From: Macrostomum lignano
Lineage: Eukaryota
Reading direction: 5' to 3'
Length of the DNA stretch: 64,000 nt
NCBI GenBank assembly: GCA_002269645.1
Contig: NIVC01001194.1
Location: 186,001-250,000, forward strand
Part shown: piece by piece, positions 29,642 to 40,647 of the stretch
Position numbering within the stretch: the stretch's first letter is position 1
Layout: each line of letters begins with the position of its first letter
The notes under the pieces: model-generated
Seen by the model: only the letters and a program-made list of their open reading frames with translations
Told to the model about the DNA's origin: nothing
Database searches by the model: none
Program-made: the position numbers and the translations under genes

Positions 29642-29899
29642 CTGGTACAAAGTCTGTACGAAAATTTAAGCTAAAAAGCCCAGTCGAAAAGAATCGCTTT
29701 CTGTTGTTGAGTTTTAAGAGCGCATGCAATTGATGATTGAGAAATCTTTTGTCAAGGTTAAACACAAGTTTAAATACAGCCCATAACTGTAAAAGCTAAG
29801 CTGCTAGAATTTATTACAAACAATTATTACAAGTGTAGATCTTTACAATTCTAAACAAAACTTCTTACTAGATCTTAATATATTATCATTGAACTTGAG

Positions 29900-29980
29900 C
29901 AGCAGCAGTAGCGGCAGTAGCAGTAGCAGTAATAGTAGCAGTAATAGTACCAGTAGTAGTAGTAGTAGTAGTAGTAGTGT

Positions 29981-30021
<41 letters not shown>

Positions 30022-30185
30022 TTAGTAGTAGTAGTAGCAGTAGTAGTAGTAGTAGTAGTTAGTAGTAGTAATAGTAGTAGCAGTAGTAGTAGTAGCAGTA
30101 GTAGTAATAGTAGTAGTAGTAGTAGTAATATTAGTAATAGTAGTAATAGTAGTAGTAATAGTAGTAGCAGTAGTAGTAGTATTAA

Positions 30186-30217
<32 letters not shown>

Positions 30218-30300
30218 ATAGTAGCAGTAGTGTCAAATTATTTTTATTAGTAGTAGCAGTAGCAGTAGTAGTATCATATTATTTGCAGCAGCAGCAATAC
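29900..30300. repeat. (AGT)n microsatellite
   Basis: Direct reading. Confidence 0.95.
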
Positions 30301-31314
30301 CACATCCCACAATAATAATAGTATTTACAAAGTAAAAGTGACTACCAAGAAGCCAGCCGAGTCTACTGAACATTAATCTCTACAGTCACCAATTACCAAG
30401 TACTTCACTCAAGTCTAAATGCATTGTGACAGCCATTTCAGTGCATAGAAAACTGAGCGACACCAATAGCCAACAGTAATTATTACGCAAGGAGAGATGG
30501 GGGCGCCCGACAGTCGCGACAACAACAATAAAGATTTGAAAAAAATATGACCGGGAGGAAGATTGAGGCTAAACTGCGATGGAGAAGGGGGCGGAGACTG
30601 AGAGATCGCTGGGGGGGGGGGAGAAAATGGGGAAGTGCCAAATTAATGATGGTAGCAAAATAGAGCGAGGAGAGATGAAAAAGATGAGGCAGGAAAGTCA
30701 ACAACAATAGAAGCTGGGCGCGCACCCATCTAGTAGATCGTAAATCTACTACCAGATGATTTATACTATATTGAGTATTGAGCGGCTGGCATAGCAGTGC
30801 TGAATGGATGGGTATAGGGTGGGGGGGGGGTACGGGTTACCCAAAACTGTTTCACAAAAATGCACGCGCAGCATCACGCAACTGCCTAAGGATATAAGTA
30901 CTATAGCAATAAAGTGAGATTATTATTAGCTTAATAATAGGGCACAGTAAGGATATCAAGCACAGACTATAGATGCTATAAACTGTTACTGAACTCTTGA
31001 AACGGTCAATCAAAAGAGAAGCCCTTTTTTCAGATTAGCCGGACAATATCTGAGTTGAATGAAAGGAAGCGAGCTGTCAGTCAGCCAGTCATAAAGAGCT
31101 CTCAGACTAATACTGTACGTCCAGTCTAATGAGAACGCTATTGATACTTCTCATTTAAAACGGCAATTTTAAAGTCATAAAAAACTATTTAGCAAATAAG
31201 GGATTTTTGTTGTTCAGAAAATACTAAAAATTACACAAAATAATAAGATTCTACTAGGTAAATATTATTTTGGTCTTTATTATTCGGTGTAAAAAAATCT
31301 AGACTTTACTAAAA

Positions 31315-31910
31315 AACTTCAGGGAGAGGATGGCGGAGTCTATTGAAGACTTCAGGGAGAGGGTAGTGGAGTCTAGTGAAGACTTCAGGGAGAGGGTAGT
31401 GGAGTCTAGTGAAGACTTCAGAGAGAGAGTAGGGGGTTCAGTGAAGACTTCAGGGAGAGGGTAGGGGGGTTCAATGAAGACTTCAGAGAGAGGGTAGGGG
31501 GTTCAGTGAAGACTTCAGGGAGAGGGTAGGGGGGTTCAGTGAAGACTTCAGGGAGAGGGTAGGGGGTTCAGTGAAGACTTCAGGAAGAGGGTATCGGAGT
31601 CTAGCGAAGACTTCAGGGAGAGGGTAGGTTCAGTGAAGACTTCAGGGAGAGGGTAGGGGGTTCAGTGAAGACTTCAGGGAGAGGGTAGTGGAGTCTAGTG
31701 AAGACTTCAGAGAGAGGGTAGAAGGGTTCAGTGAAGACTTCAGGGAGAGGGTAGGGGGGTTCAGTGAAGACTTCAGAGAGAGGGTAGGGGGTTCAGTGAA
31801 GACTTCAGGGAGAGGTTAGGGGGGTTCAGTGAAGACTTCAGGGAGAGGGTAGGGGGGTTCAGTGAAGACTTCAGAGAGAGGGTAGCGGAGTTCACTTAAG
31901 ACTTCAGGGA
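31315..31910. repeat. ~32-nt minisatellite (gaagacttcagggagagggtagggggttcagt)
   Basis: Direct reading. Confidence 0.9.
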
Positions 31911-32222
31911 GAAGGTAAAAAATTGCTAATCTACCTGGAATCTACCTGGAAAGAACAAATTAACCTACACTTGTTGACCAGTCGAACGCCAAAAAGAATA
32001 AGGCAAGGATCATGGAGTGACAGTACAGTCATTACAGATTTTTTATTTCATTGTTATAACAATTATTTAACTAAATAAGTTGACATCAAAACGCCAACAA
32101 AACAGCAATTGCTTTCCTGCGCTCAACAGCTGCTCTCTGCACGTCAGCTTATCATGTCAGTCATCGTTCACTGCACACTGAAACCATTGGCAGATAATAG
32201 GGGATAGTTATCCCACAATCTT

Positions 32223-32300
32223 TCACTTGCTCCTTTCGCGCATCTTCCTGCGTTTGCGCTTCAGTCTGCGCATTCGCTTTTTCCTCCACTTGGCGCGCAT
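32223..32300 (-). CDS. RPL41: Ribosomal protein L41 (eS32), copy A, 25 aa
   Basis: Translates to [25 protein letters not shown] (TGA), one residue from the canonical [31 protein letters not shown] on the - strand at 32042-32047. Confidence 0.96.
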   Translation of the reverse strand: [25 protein letters not shown]

Positions 32301-35300
32301 CTCCTCTTAGATTGTGCTGTAGTCTTTTTTTACAAGTAGTGCTTCTCGCAACAGAACTGGAACAAAATTGTCAAGGATGTAGTTGGACTGTTGTATGAAA
32401 CGAAACTTATAGACAAATTTTTTCTATGGTCATACGGTTGCTAAAAGAGTGGACACTTTTGACTGTTGCTGAGTCTATCTATAGTGTTAACGAGAATTTC
32501 TACTATAAGTTAAACTGAGTTTAGGCCTAGTAACTTAAACCATCAATTAAGCTAGTACTCGAACTATTATTTAGCAATTTATTAACTGTCTAGTTCGTGA
32601 AGACTTCTGTTTTACTCATAATGGGCAGAGGGGTAAGATTTAAGCAGAAAAGCTCACGGGGGACTGTCAAAGCATCAAAGAGTCAATGAGACTGCGTTTC
32701 TGAGTTTCGTATTACAGAGTCAAGTTTTAACGCTAAGAAAAAGAATAGAAATTGCAGCGTTTGATGAAGAAGCGAGGATTATAAGACGAAACCCGTTCTG
32801 ACTGAAGGCTTTTTAGACATTTTTGAAGCACCATTTTCTCTAACGAAGGTAATCATTACCAGCGCGAAAATCACGAGAAGTTCGCCACTAAGGATGACTA
32901 CTAAATACACTCCTAAAGTGCTAAATTTTTCTAAGCAAAGAAGGAAGTCGAAACGAAATATGATAAAACACGGTAGATCTATCATTCGAGCTCTCAATTT
33001 AAGTTCGAGCGTCAAGTGATCAGAGATAGTGACACGATATGACGCAAGTAGCATTGTCTACTACGCAGAGATTCCCAGGCAAAATAGCCTAAAACTGCCG
33101 ACATGCTTGCATTATACTTAAAGAAAGCTCAACTCAAAGCTTTTCAAATTTATCTATCAACGAAATTTAATCGTGCAATCAGGATCCTAGCAGAATCCTG
33201 CTTTCATCGTATCTCAATAGGCACTGAACAGCCGAGTGGAGACCTTGAGTCCCCCTTTAAAAAACAGATTTCGTCCGCCAGTTCAAACTTCCGGTTCTTC
33301 TATCGTAGCGAAACAAAATTTAGAGGAACGACGACACACGACGAAAGAACATGCGTTTAAATAGACCTCTCTTAATTAAGTAGCCATCCTCTGAAGAGCG
33401 CCGGGGCTAAACAATCCGTGCTCAATAGACCAGGTGGGCGCTTGCACGAAGTGCTTATTAAACCGGCTTCGATACAACGTTCAAAAATTGTTCAAGAGGA
33501 AGCTCTCACGAGGTTAGGCAGGCAGCATGCAAAAGCTAAAGGGCAGCCAATTTTCTAGAAGGTTGGTGGAAACACTCCATGCGAGGCACACACGCAACTC
33601 GGCCAGTTACTGGCACAACAGTTCTTTTTGTTTCAAGAAAATTTTTAGGAAGTCCAGTTGAATTGAAAACCAGAAGAGCATTCGTTAAAAGAGGGAAACC
33701 AGAAACCTGGCACACCATAATCTGTGGTGAGAATCTGGAGCAGAGAATTAAAAAAAACGGTTACTTGAATTTTATGGCATTTGATATCGACATGCAAGGA
33801 TCAATGCTCAATAGTGAGAATGGTTTTAAACAGTTATCAATTCATCACAAGCAATGTTGAAAGCAAAACAGGGACATGTTCCATCCTGATCCGGTTGCTT
33901 TTCAGCCAGCAAAGTGGAGCGCAAACACAAGCGACCAGTTCAAGCGGTGGGTGCGGAAATTAAAAAAATGAAGACCCACCCCTGAACAGCTAAAATTCTG
34001 TACCAAACTTGTCGAGTAGAGTAGCGGGATTAAACAAATACGACCACCCTGCAGATTGTAAAGTCATTTTTAAAAAAAGGCAGCAAGCACTTCAGCCGGA
34101 ATGAAACCGCTTAATCATGCTGTCCTACTGTGATATAGGCAATCGAATTTATCTGCTAGTCAGCTTGGACACGAAACCGGAACACGACTTATGGTCGAGA
34201 TTGCATACGAGGCAAGCAAACTTCATGATTGATGATGACATTGCGTTTTGGCATTTTATCATTAGCAAAAGAGGAAAAGTTGGTGAAAATCTGGTGCCAC
34301 ACTCTCTAACGGAGAGTAAATGAAGAGTAAAGCGAGTTAAATAGCAAAACAATAGAAGCTTGGTTAGCGAGTCTTCCCTTTTTCACTATTATTAGACCAA
34401 TCTAAAAGAGGAACCAAGGTGCGGTGTAAAGGGCAATTAATTTTCTGCTTACTCTGTTTACTTTATCTGTAGAAAAGTGCCAACCAGCATTCTCAGTGCC
34501 TGTGCGGCCAGCTTCCCCAGAAATTGCGCGGCGCAGAGGTAGGTAAGGGTAAGGTAAGCATAGATAGAGCAGAATCTAAATCTCTGGCAGTGGTAGTCGA
34601 AAAAACTAAGGGAAAGAGAAAATTTGAGAGTACTCTTAACTTTGCGACTGAAAGATTTGCTCTATCTATCCCACTCGCTGGTTCTCTCTCCGGCGGCACG
34701 TTTGGACTGGCTTTGTGGCTGACAGGAGAACTGAACAGCTCTGATTGGAGGGCAGTGATAGTATAAGGCATGGTTCGCCCGCCTCAAGTTTGAAACAATT
34801 TTGAGGCCAAGGTTAGTACGATAGCGACTTTAGTACCCATTGAATATTGCAATACCAGAAGGAAGGAAAACAATCTTTTCAAACTCGTACAAGGAATTCG
34901 TCCACGGAATAAATTGCAGAAAATTTCCGTAAGTAGTACAACTATCTTCTGAGTCTTTTGCTAGGTTGTAAACTTTCAAGTTTCAGATAAAGAACTAGAG
35001 GAAAATAGAAACAACTACACTACGAATGCCTATCTAGCTCGTACTTCAACAAGCGGTACTGAGACAACATGGCTTAACTACGCTCGTAATACAAGATAGA
35101 TTGGAGAAAGAAGCTCGTTAAGGCCTAGCCTTAAGCAGACAAGTGGAATTAAGCTGACAAATTGCATTGCCACAAAAGCATTATAGGATATTAGACTAAA
35201 TAAACTGATTTGTTTAGAAACAGTTCATAAATCTAGTCCCATCGGGATGGTGATAAAACTCAGAGAAAATGAATTTCTGCCTAAAGGAGCATTATTATGC

Positions 35301-35938
35301 GTGGAGCTAAACCATTCTAAAAATTGATGCAAGTTTTGAAGCCCCTTCATAACTTCAGTCCATTTGATGCGCAATTAATTATCATCAAGTAGCTAAAGCT
35401 AAAACAAAAAAGCAACTAAAAATCGAATCATACCATTAAAATAGCTGTGGCATATTTTAAGTAGCAAGAGTATAATATTAAAGGGTATGAAACAGTAGTA
35501 AAACATTCTTTTTTTGTAAAAAAAAGTTCAGCAATTGCACGCCTAACCATCCTAATCTTAACCTACACTCTCATTGAACCCCGCAGCGACAGGATTCAAG
35601 TGAACAACAAATACAACTCTGAAAGCCGGGCAGTGATAGGACGAAAAAAATTGCTTGAAAGCAGCCACTCGGCATATTCCCACAGTCGAGCAAACGACCA
35701 AACCAAGCACTGAACGGTGCTGTTACACCAGCGGTACAGTTTCTGCCTCGTCTCAATGCCACTATAGTCACTCGCATAAGCAATCCCAGAGTCGTATGCA
35801 CTGCAATGCCTTCAGCAACAATTTTAGACTAATATATACGCGAGCAAGTGCGCGAGAAAGCTACTGTTTGCTTAGTAAACAAGTCTAGAATACGATCCAG
35901 CTGAGACTTTGCGCTTCTGACAAAAGAAACAAAGAAAC

Positions 35939-37066
35939 ATGACGCGACTCGATGCACAGATTGCTACACTGTCACTGCTATTGCAACTCCTGTTGCCACT
36001 TGGCGTACTATCTGCAAGCAGCCTGCGACCTAGTCCAGATTCTCAATGCATTTGCAACTTTACTCAGATGGATTCCGAACTCAAGGAGCTATACAGACCT
36101 GGACGGAACCACGCCGAGATGGTATTCAGCTTTGTGCACACATTAATATCATTGAACTTCAAGCTAACCGTTTATTTAAACGACTTCCGCGGCTGCATCA
36201 GATTCTGGCTAGATAGGACCGGCCAGTGCGAAGAGGAGTGCTCATGCAGTCGGGGCTTAGTCTGTTGCAGAGACAGCAGCCTCAACACCCTGGAGAGCAG
36301 CGCTCTGACATTGAAAGGTCAAGTGAAAAGTTCTTTCACAGCCTATTCGCACATTAAATTCCTTAACGATTATCAGAGCTCAACGTTTGATATAGTCAAT
36401 GTTTTCTCTAGCGCCTTCTTTGAGTTTATTAATCTGCTCAAAGAGGACAATAGTAGAGCACAGAGTGAAAGGCAACACTATCTAGCATTCTACAAGCGAT
36501 TAGGCCAGAGTAAACCGCTGGAAACGATATTTGCGCAGACGATGCCAGTGCAGAACAGCAGCCAATCGATCGTACTTCGAATAGCCGAGCATTATCACTG
36601 CGACACAACAAAAGTTTTGCCATTCTATCTAAACGTCTATGGCGTTGTGCTGCAGTACCTATTCATGAGTGAACTGCACAACGAGCTGATGCAATCATCG
36701 AGTTCAGGTCAAAAGAAAATCGCCTACTTTAGTGAGGAGCAACAAGTGTGGAAGAACTATTTAAGATTAGCTGACAACATGACCAAGCACATTATATTCT
36801 GCAGCACAAAGGAGATACGCGCTATAAGATCGCAAGAGATCAAGGAGAAAGACATGGCAATGCGCAATGCGGCAATAGTATTCAGCAGCTTTCTGATTAT
36901 TCTGATAATAATCATAGCCCTGATTGCGGTATTCGCTTGCAAGACCAACAGGCAATTGACTACAGCACCCGTGACTATCAGAGATGAACCAGTTACATCG
37001 TCTGACGAATTCGAAAACCGCGATCTTCTATACAAGCGACACTACGAGTCAGATGAAACTGTTTAA
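35939..37066 (+). CDS. Intronless 375-aa putative type I membrane protein of unknown family
   Basis: N-terminal signal-like LSLLLQLLLPLGVLSA, Cys cluster CEEECSCSRGLVCC, one C-terminal TM AAIVFSSFLIILIIIIALIAVFAC and a short tail. A 375-codon open frame in AT-rich DNA is unlikely by chance. Confidence 0.75.
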   Translation: MTRLDAQIATLSLLLQLLLPLGVLSASSLRPSPDSQCICNFTQMDSELKELYRPGRNHAEMVFSFVHTLISLNFKLTVYLNDFRGCIRFWLDRTGQCEEECSCSRGLVCCRDSSLNTLESSALTLKGQVKSSFTAYSHIKFLNDYQSSTFDIVNVFSSAFFEFINLLKEDNSRAQSERQHYLAFYKRLGQSKPLETIFAQTMPVQNSSQSIVLRIAEHYHCDTTKVLPFYLNVYGVVLQYLFMSELHNELMQSSSSGQKKIAYFSEEQQVWKNYLRLADNMTKHIIFCSTKEIRAIRSQEIKEKDMAMRNAAIVFSSFLIILIIIIALIAVFACKTNRQLTTAPVTIRDEPVTSSDEFENRDLLYKRHYESDETV

Positions 37067-37764
37067 ACTATATATACATGTTTCTATAATTATAAAAACG
37101 CACCCCCATTCCTATTATGCATACTGTGTAATCTTCATTTGCACAATACTGTTTGCTGCACTCATTTGTAAACTAATTTACTGAGCAAAAACTTATTCAT
37201 TATTTTTTGCTTAACGCGTTAAAACTTTGCGTGTATTTTACAAAAATATGATACTCTTGTTAAAATTAACGAAACAATGTACTACAGATACGACATTGAA
37301 AGTATTGAAATATAAATAAACTCGTGTCTACTCGTATTATGAAACGCTTTCGCTAACTCAGCATCTTGTAAACAATTTTTGGACTTAAAGGCTACCTACA
37401 ATTGATTTAGGGACTAAAAGTGAAATGTTCGACTAAATTTCTATTTTCATTGATTTTCGAAATAGCAGTTTTGCTTTAACTCTATTACTAACAGTAGCAT
37501 AATGAAATAGGGCAAATGAAAAAGGCGAACGACTAAAAACGAAATTTCTCAAATTTTATCAATCACTTTATTATATACAATTTGATGTTTAACAAGGTCA
37601 GACAGCAGGTGCACAAGTAGTCACACATGCCACCGGGATTGGCAGTACACTGTCGGCAATATAATCAGCAGTCTACATGAATTGTGAATCAATTCAAGCC
37701 ATTAGTATTGGCGCCTGTCAAGCACCAAGGAGACACCAGCCTGCAAAAAGTAGCCTGCCAAAAA

Positions 37765-37842
37765 CTACTTGCTCCTTTCTCTCATCTTCCTGCGCTTGCG
37801 TTTTAGTCTGCGCATTCGCTTCTTACGCCACTTGGCACGCAT
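37765..37842 (-). CDS. RPL41: Ribosomal protein L41 (eS32), copy B, 25 aa
   Basis: Same peptide as copy A, ending in TAG. Acceptor ccatttcag|cgccATG directly upstream; AATAAA on the - strand at 37567-37572. Confidence 0.96.
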   Translation of the reverse strand: [25 protein letters not shown]

Positions 37843-38257
37843 GGCGCTGAAATGGCAAGCATCAACAAGATTGAACTTTTGTGCATACATTCACATTGAA
37901 AATATTTCGATTGCACTAAAACCTTTGATACAATAAATCAATCTTAACTTAGTACTTAAAGTAGACTAAAAAGCACTTAGCAAAAAATAAACCTCATTTT
38001 GAACTATTAAATGAAAAAGACTAGATCTTTATATCTCTTCTCTCTATCTTATTTCATTACATAAACCAACTTTCTTTTTGCATTAGCTTTTTTACAAATC
38101 TATATAGGTCTATATATAAACAAATGGCACTAAAACCAAGATCCCACAGTCATAATACTCACAAAGTGCTAAAAATAGATGCTCTAAATAGAGGCATTAT
38201 TTACGCTTCATTGCACCCAATACTTCTAGCTGCTTATGGCAAATTCTCAAGAACTGA

Positions 38258-38383
38258 AGACTGAGTACAGTGTGCACTGATCAAATTTCTGACCCCAGAA
38301 GGCTTAAAACCTGCTGAAATCCAAATTTGCATAGCTGGTATATATACTGGGATTGCCCCTTCATATTCCACTATCAAGCATTA
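38258..38383 (+). pseudogene. Degenerate mariner-type transposase N-terminal HTH remnant
   Basis: Translates ..ALIKFLTPEGLKPAEIQICIAGIYTGIAPSYSTIKH*, matching from memory the mariner pattern RAVIKFL..EG..P.EIH..M..VYG..APSYSTVK.W; frameshifted and truncated. Confidence 0.55.
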
Positions 38384-38591
38384 AGCACAAATCATTGAGA
38401 TCCTACACTAGCTGGATCTATAGGGCAAACTTATGGATTTACCACCATGATCCCAAGTCAAAGAAAGAGTTGAAACAGTGGCTACTAGTTGGTGTACCTG
38501 CACCAACTAAAACTATTGAGGTAAGGTAGCACGCTTTAGCAGGCAGAGAAAAACAAAAGTTAAAATCAACATAGATTACAATTAATTCTTT

Positions 38592-38636
38592 CTACCGACG
38601 CGTTTCGGACCAACAATGGCCATCTTCAGGGTCTAG
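38592..38636 (-). ncRNA. Minimal type I hammerhead ribozyme motif (left PLE arm)
   Basis: The - strand reads CUAGACC CUGAAGA U GGCC AUUGUU GGUC C GAAAC GC GUC GGUAG: catalytic core CUGANGA and GAAA, a stem II, palindromic ACGCGU helix III, a GUC cleavage triplet, and stem I ACC/GGU. Confidence 0.75.
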
Positions 38637-39105
38637 TGTATTTTTAACACTCACAACAACTTTATATAAGTGAACAAATGTTAACTGTACAGTCCAAAGG
38701 GCATGTCATGGGCAGAATTTTCCAAAAATGTTAAGCATAGATTGCAAGTACATTGTTCAGACTTGTGCCTTTACTTAGAATACCTTGAGCAAATGGCCCG
38801 CACCACTATGGGAGAGCTGAATATTCAGATTAGGTTTTTGGTCTTTAATGTACATGGATTCAAGTATGTTGAGTCTAAAATCAGTTCTACACCGATCAAT
38901 AATTTTAAACTGCTGAGTTTGCTCAATTTCGCAAACTGTTCTGAAAGCTGAGAGATCCCTGCAGAGTTTTTTGCGCAACCATGTGAAACAACACATTGAA
39001 GACGAAACTTTCAAATGCATCATGCCAAATGGCAGTCAGCCTGGTCAACTTTATGGTGTCTGAAAAATTCACAAACCGAACAAACCTCTTAGACCTATTG
39101 TTTCC

Positions 39106-40464
39106 ATGATTAATACTGCTGAGTACCAATTAGCCAAATTTCTCGATCACCTGATCAAGCCCACCATCCCACGTGACCATTCCATCAACTCGACCACTGA
39201 CTTTATGAACCATCTGAAAGAGGTTACCCCAACTAATGATGACTACATTTGTAGCTTTGATGTGACCTCTCTGTTCATGAATGTTCCTCTGCAGTTTGCT
39301 ATTGATCTGGCCGCTGACTATGTCTATGAGCATGCCCCTCCAAAATTCCCAAAAAGTACTTTCAAAAAACTTATGAACTTTGCCACCTCTGGTCTGTTCC
39401 TTTTTAATGATAAGTACTACCGCCAAACCGATGGCTGCGCGATGGGTAGCCCCCTTGCGCCTACTCTTGCCAACATTTGTATGACTCATTGGGAGAAAGA
39501 GTGGATGACCCTGCAATGTGCTCCTAGATTCTACAAGCGCTACGTTGATGACACCTTTGCCATTTTCAAAGGGGGATCGAATCATGAAGAGTTTCTTGCT
39601 GCTCTGAACTCCACTCACAAAAACATCCAGTTCACGGTTGAAGTTGGTGACAAGAAACTCCCTTTCCTTGATGTTGACGTTGACATCCACAGTAATTCGG
39701 TTTCCACTAAAGTTTACCGCAAGCCCACTTTCACGAACTTGATGCTCAATTTTGGAGCTGTGTGTCCCAGACAGTGGAAAGTTGGCCTGATTCGTTGTTT
39801 GTTGCACAGGGCCTACACGGTTTGCAGCTCCTGGACCAATCTCAACATTGAAGTTAACAATCTCACCAAAATTCTGAGAATGAATCAATTTCCCAAGAAT
39901 GTCATTTGCAGTGAAATCAATAGATTCATCTCTAATAAAATGACGAACAAACCAAGTTTTGCTTCTGATAAGGATGTGTTAAAAACTTGCCCGACCATGG
40001 TCTTGCCTTTCTATGGCAACTGCTCTAACCTGTTGAAGAAGAAAATTGAGAAAAGCTTCCGTAAATTCTTTAACACGCCTATTAAGATTGTTTTCCGCAC
40101 TGCTAAGGTTGGCCAATACGTTAGTAGACTGAAATCCCATGTTCCTCTTGCTCTGGCGGCAGGTGTTGTGTATAAATTCTCTTGTTCTGTTGACCAGAAC
40201 ATTACCTATATAGGTAAAACTAAAAGGCACCTGTACACCAGAGTCAGAGAGCATTGGTTGAAAAGGTCGGCTATCCAAGACCACCTGCTCAGTTGCAACA
40301 GTTGTTGCGAAATTGAGCAAACTCAGCAGTTTAAAATTATTGATTGGTGTAGAACTGATTTTAGACTCAACATACTTGAATCCATGTACATTAAAGACCA
40401 AAAACCTAATCTGAATATTCAGCTCTCCCATAGTGGTGCGGGCCATTTGCTCAAGGTATTCTAA
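39106..40464 (+). CDS. PLE reverse transcriptase/GIY-YIG ORF remnant (452 aa); frame extends back to ~38935 through a premature TGA at 39061
   Basis: The upstream in-frame sequence reads LYGV*KIHKPNKPLRPIVSMINT versus the canonical LYGLPKIHKP..PLRPIVS. Confidence 0.85.
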   Translation: MINTAEYQLAKFLDHLIKPTIPRDHSINSTTDFMNHLKEVTPTNDDYICSFDVTSLFMNVPLQFAIDLAADYVYEHAPPKFPKSTFKKLMNFATSGLFLFNDKYYRQTDGCAMGSPLAPTLANICMTHWEKEWMTLQCAPRFYKRYVDDTFAIFKGGSNHEEFLAALNSTHKNIQFTVEVGDKKLPFLDVDVDIHSNSVSTKVYRKPTFTNLMLNFGAVCPRQWKVGLIRCLLHRAYTVCSSWTNLNIEVNNLTKILRMNQFPKNVICSEINRFISNKMTNKPSFASDKDVLKTCPTMVLPFYGNCSNLLKKKIEKSFRKFFNTPIKIVFRTAKVGQYVSRLKSHVPLALAAGVVYKFSCSVDQNITYIGKTKRHLYTRVREHWLKRSAIQDHLLSCNSCCEIEQTQQFKIIDWCRTDFRLNILESMYIKDQKPNLNIQLSHSGAGHLLKVF

Positions 40465-40602
40465 GTAAAGGCACAAGTCTGAACAATGTACTTGCAATCT
40501 ATGCTTAACATTTTTGGAAAATTCTGCCCATGACATGCCCTTTGGACTGTACAGTTAACATTTGTTCACTTATATAAAGTTGTTGTGAGTGTTAAAAATA
40601 CA

Positions 40603-40647
40603 CTAGACCCTGAAGATGGCCATTGTTGGTCCGAAACGCATCGGTAG
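40603..40647 (+). ncRNA. Minimal hammerhead ribozyme motif (right PLE arm), helix III variant GAAACGCAUC
   Basis: Same as the left copy except G-to-A in helix III, giving an AUC triplet and a broken palindrome. Confidence 0.65.

Noticed and set aside
29886-30315. Poly-L, poly-T, poly-V and poly-S ORFs
   Set aside because: (AGT)n microsatellite.
32779-35888. Scattered 60-95-aa ORFs, including a hydrophobic one at 32779-33054
   Set aside because: No recognisable domain, and I could not build a consistent splice chain; left unannotated rather than called non-coding.
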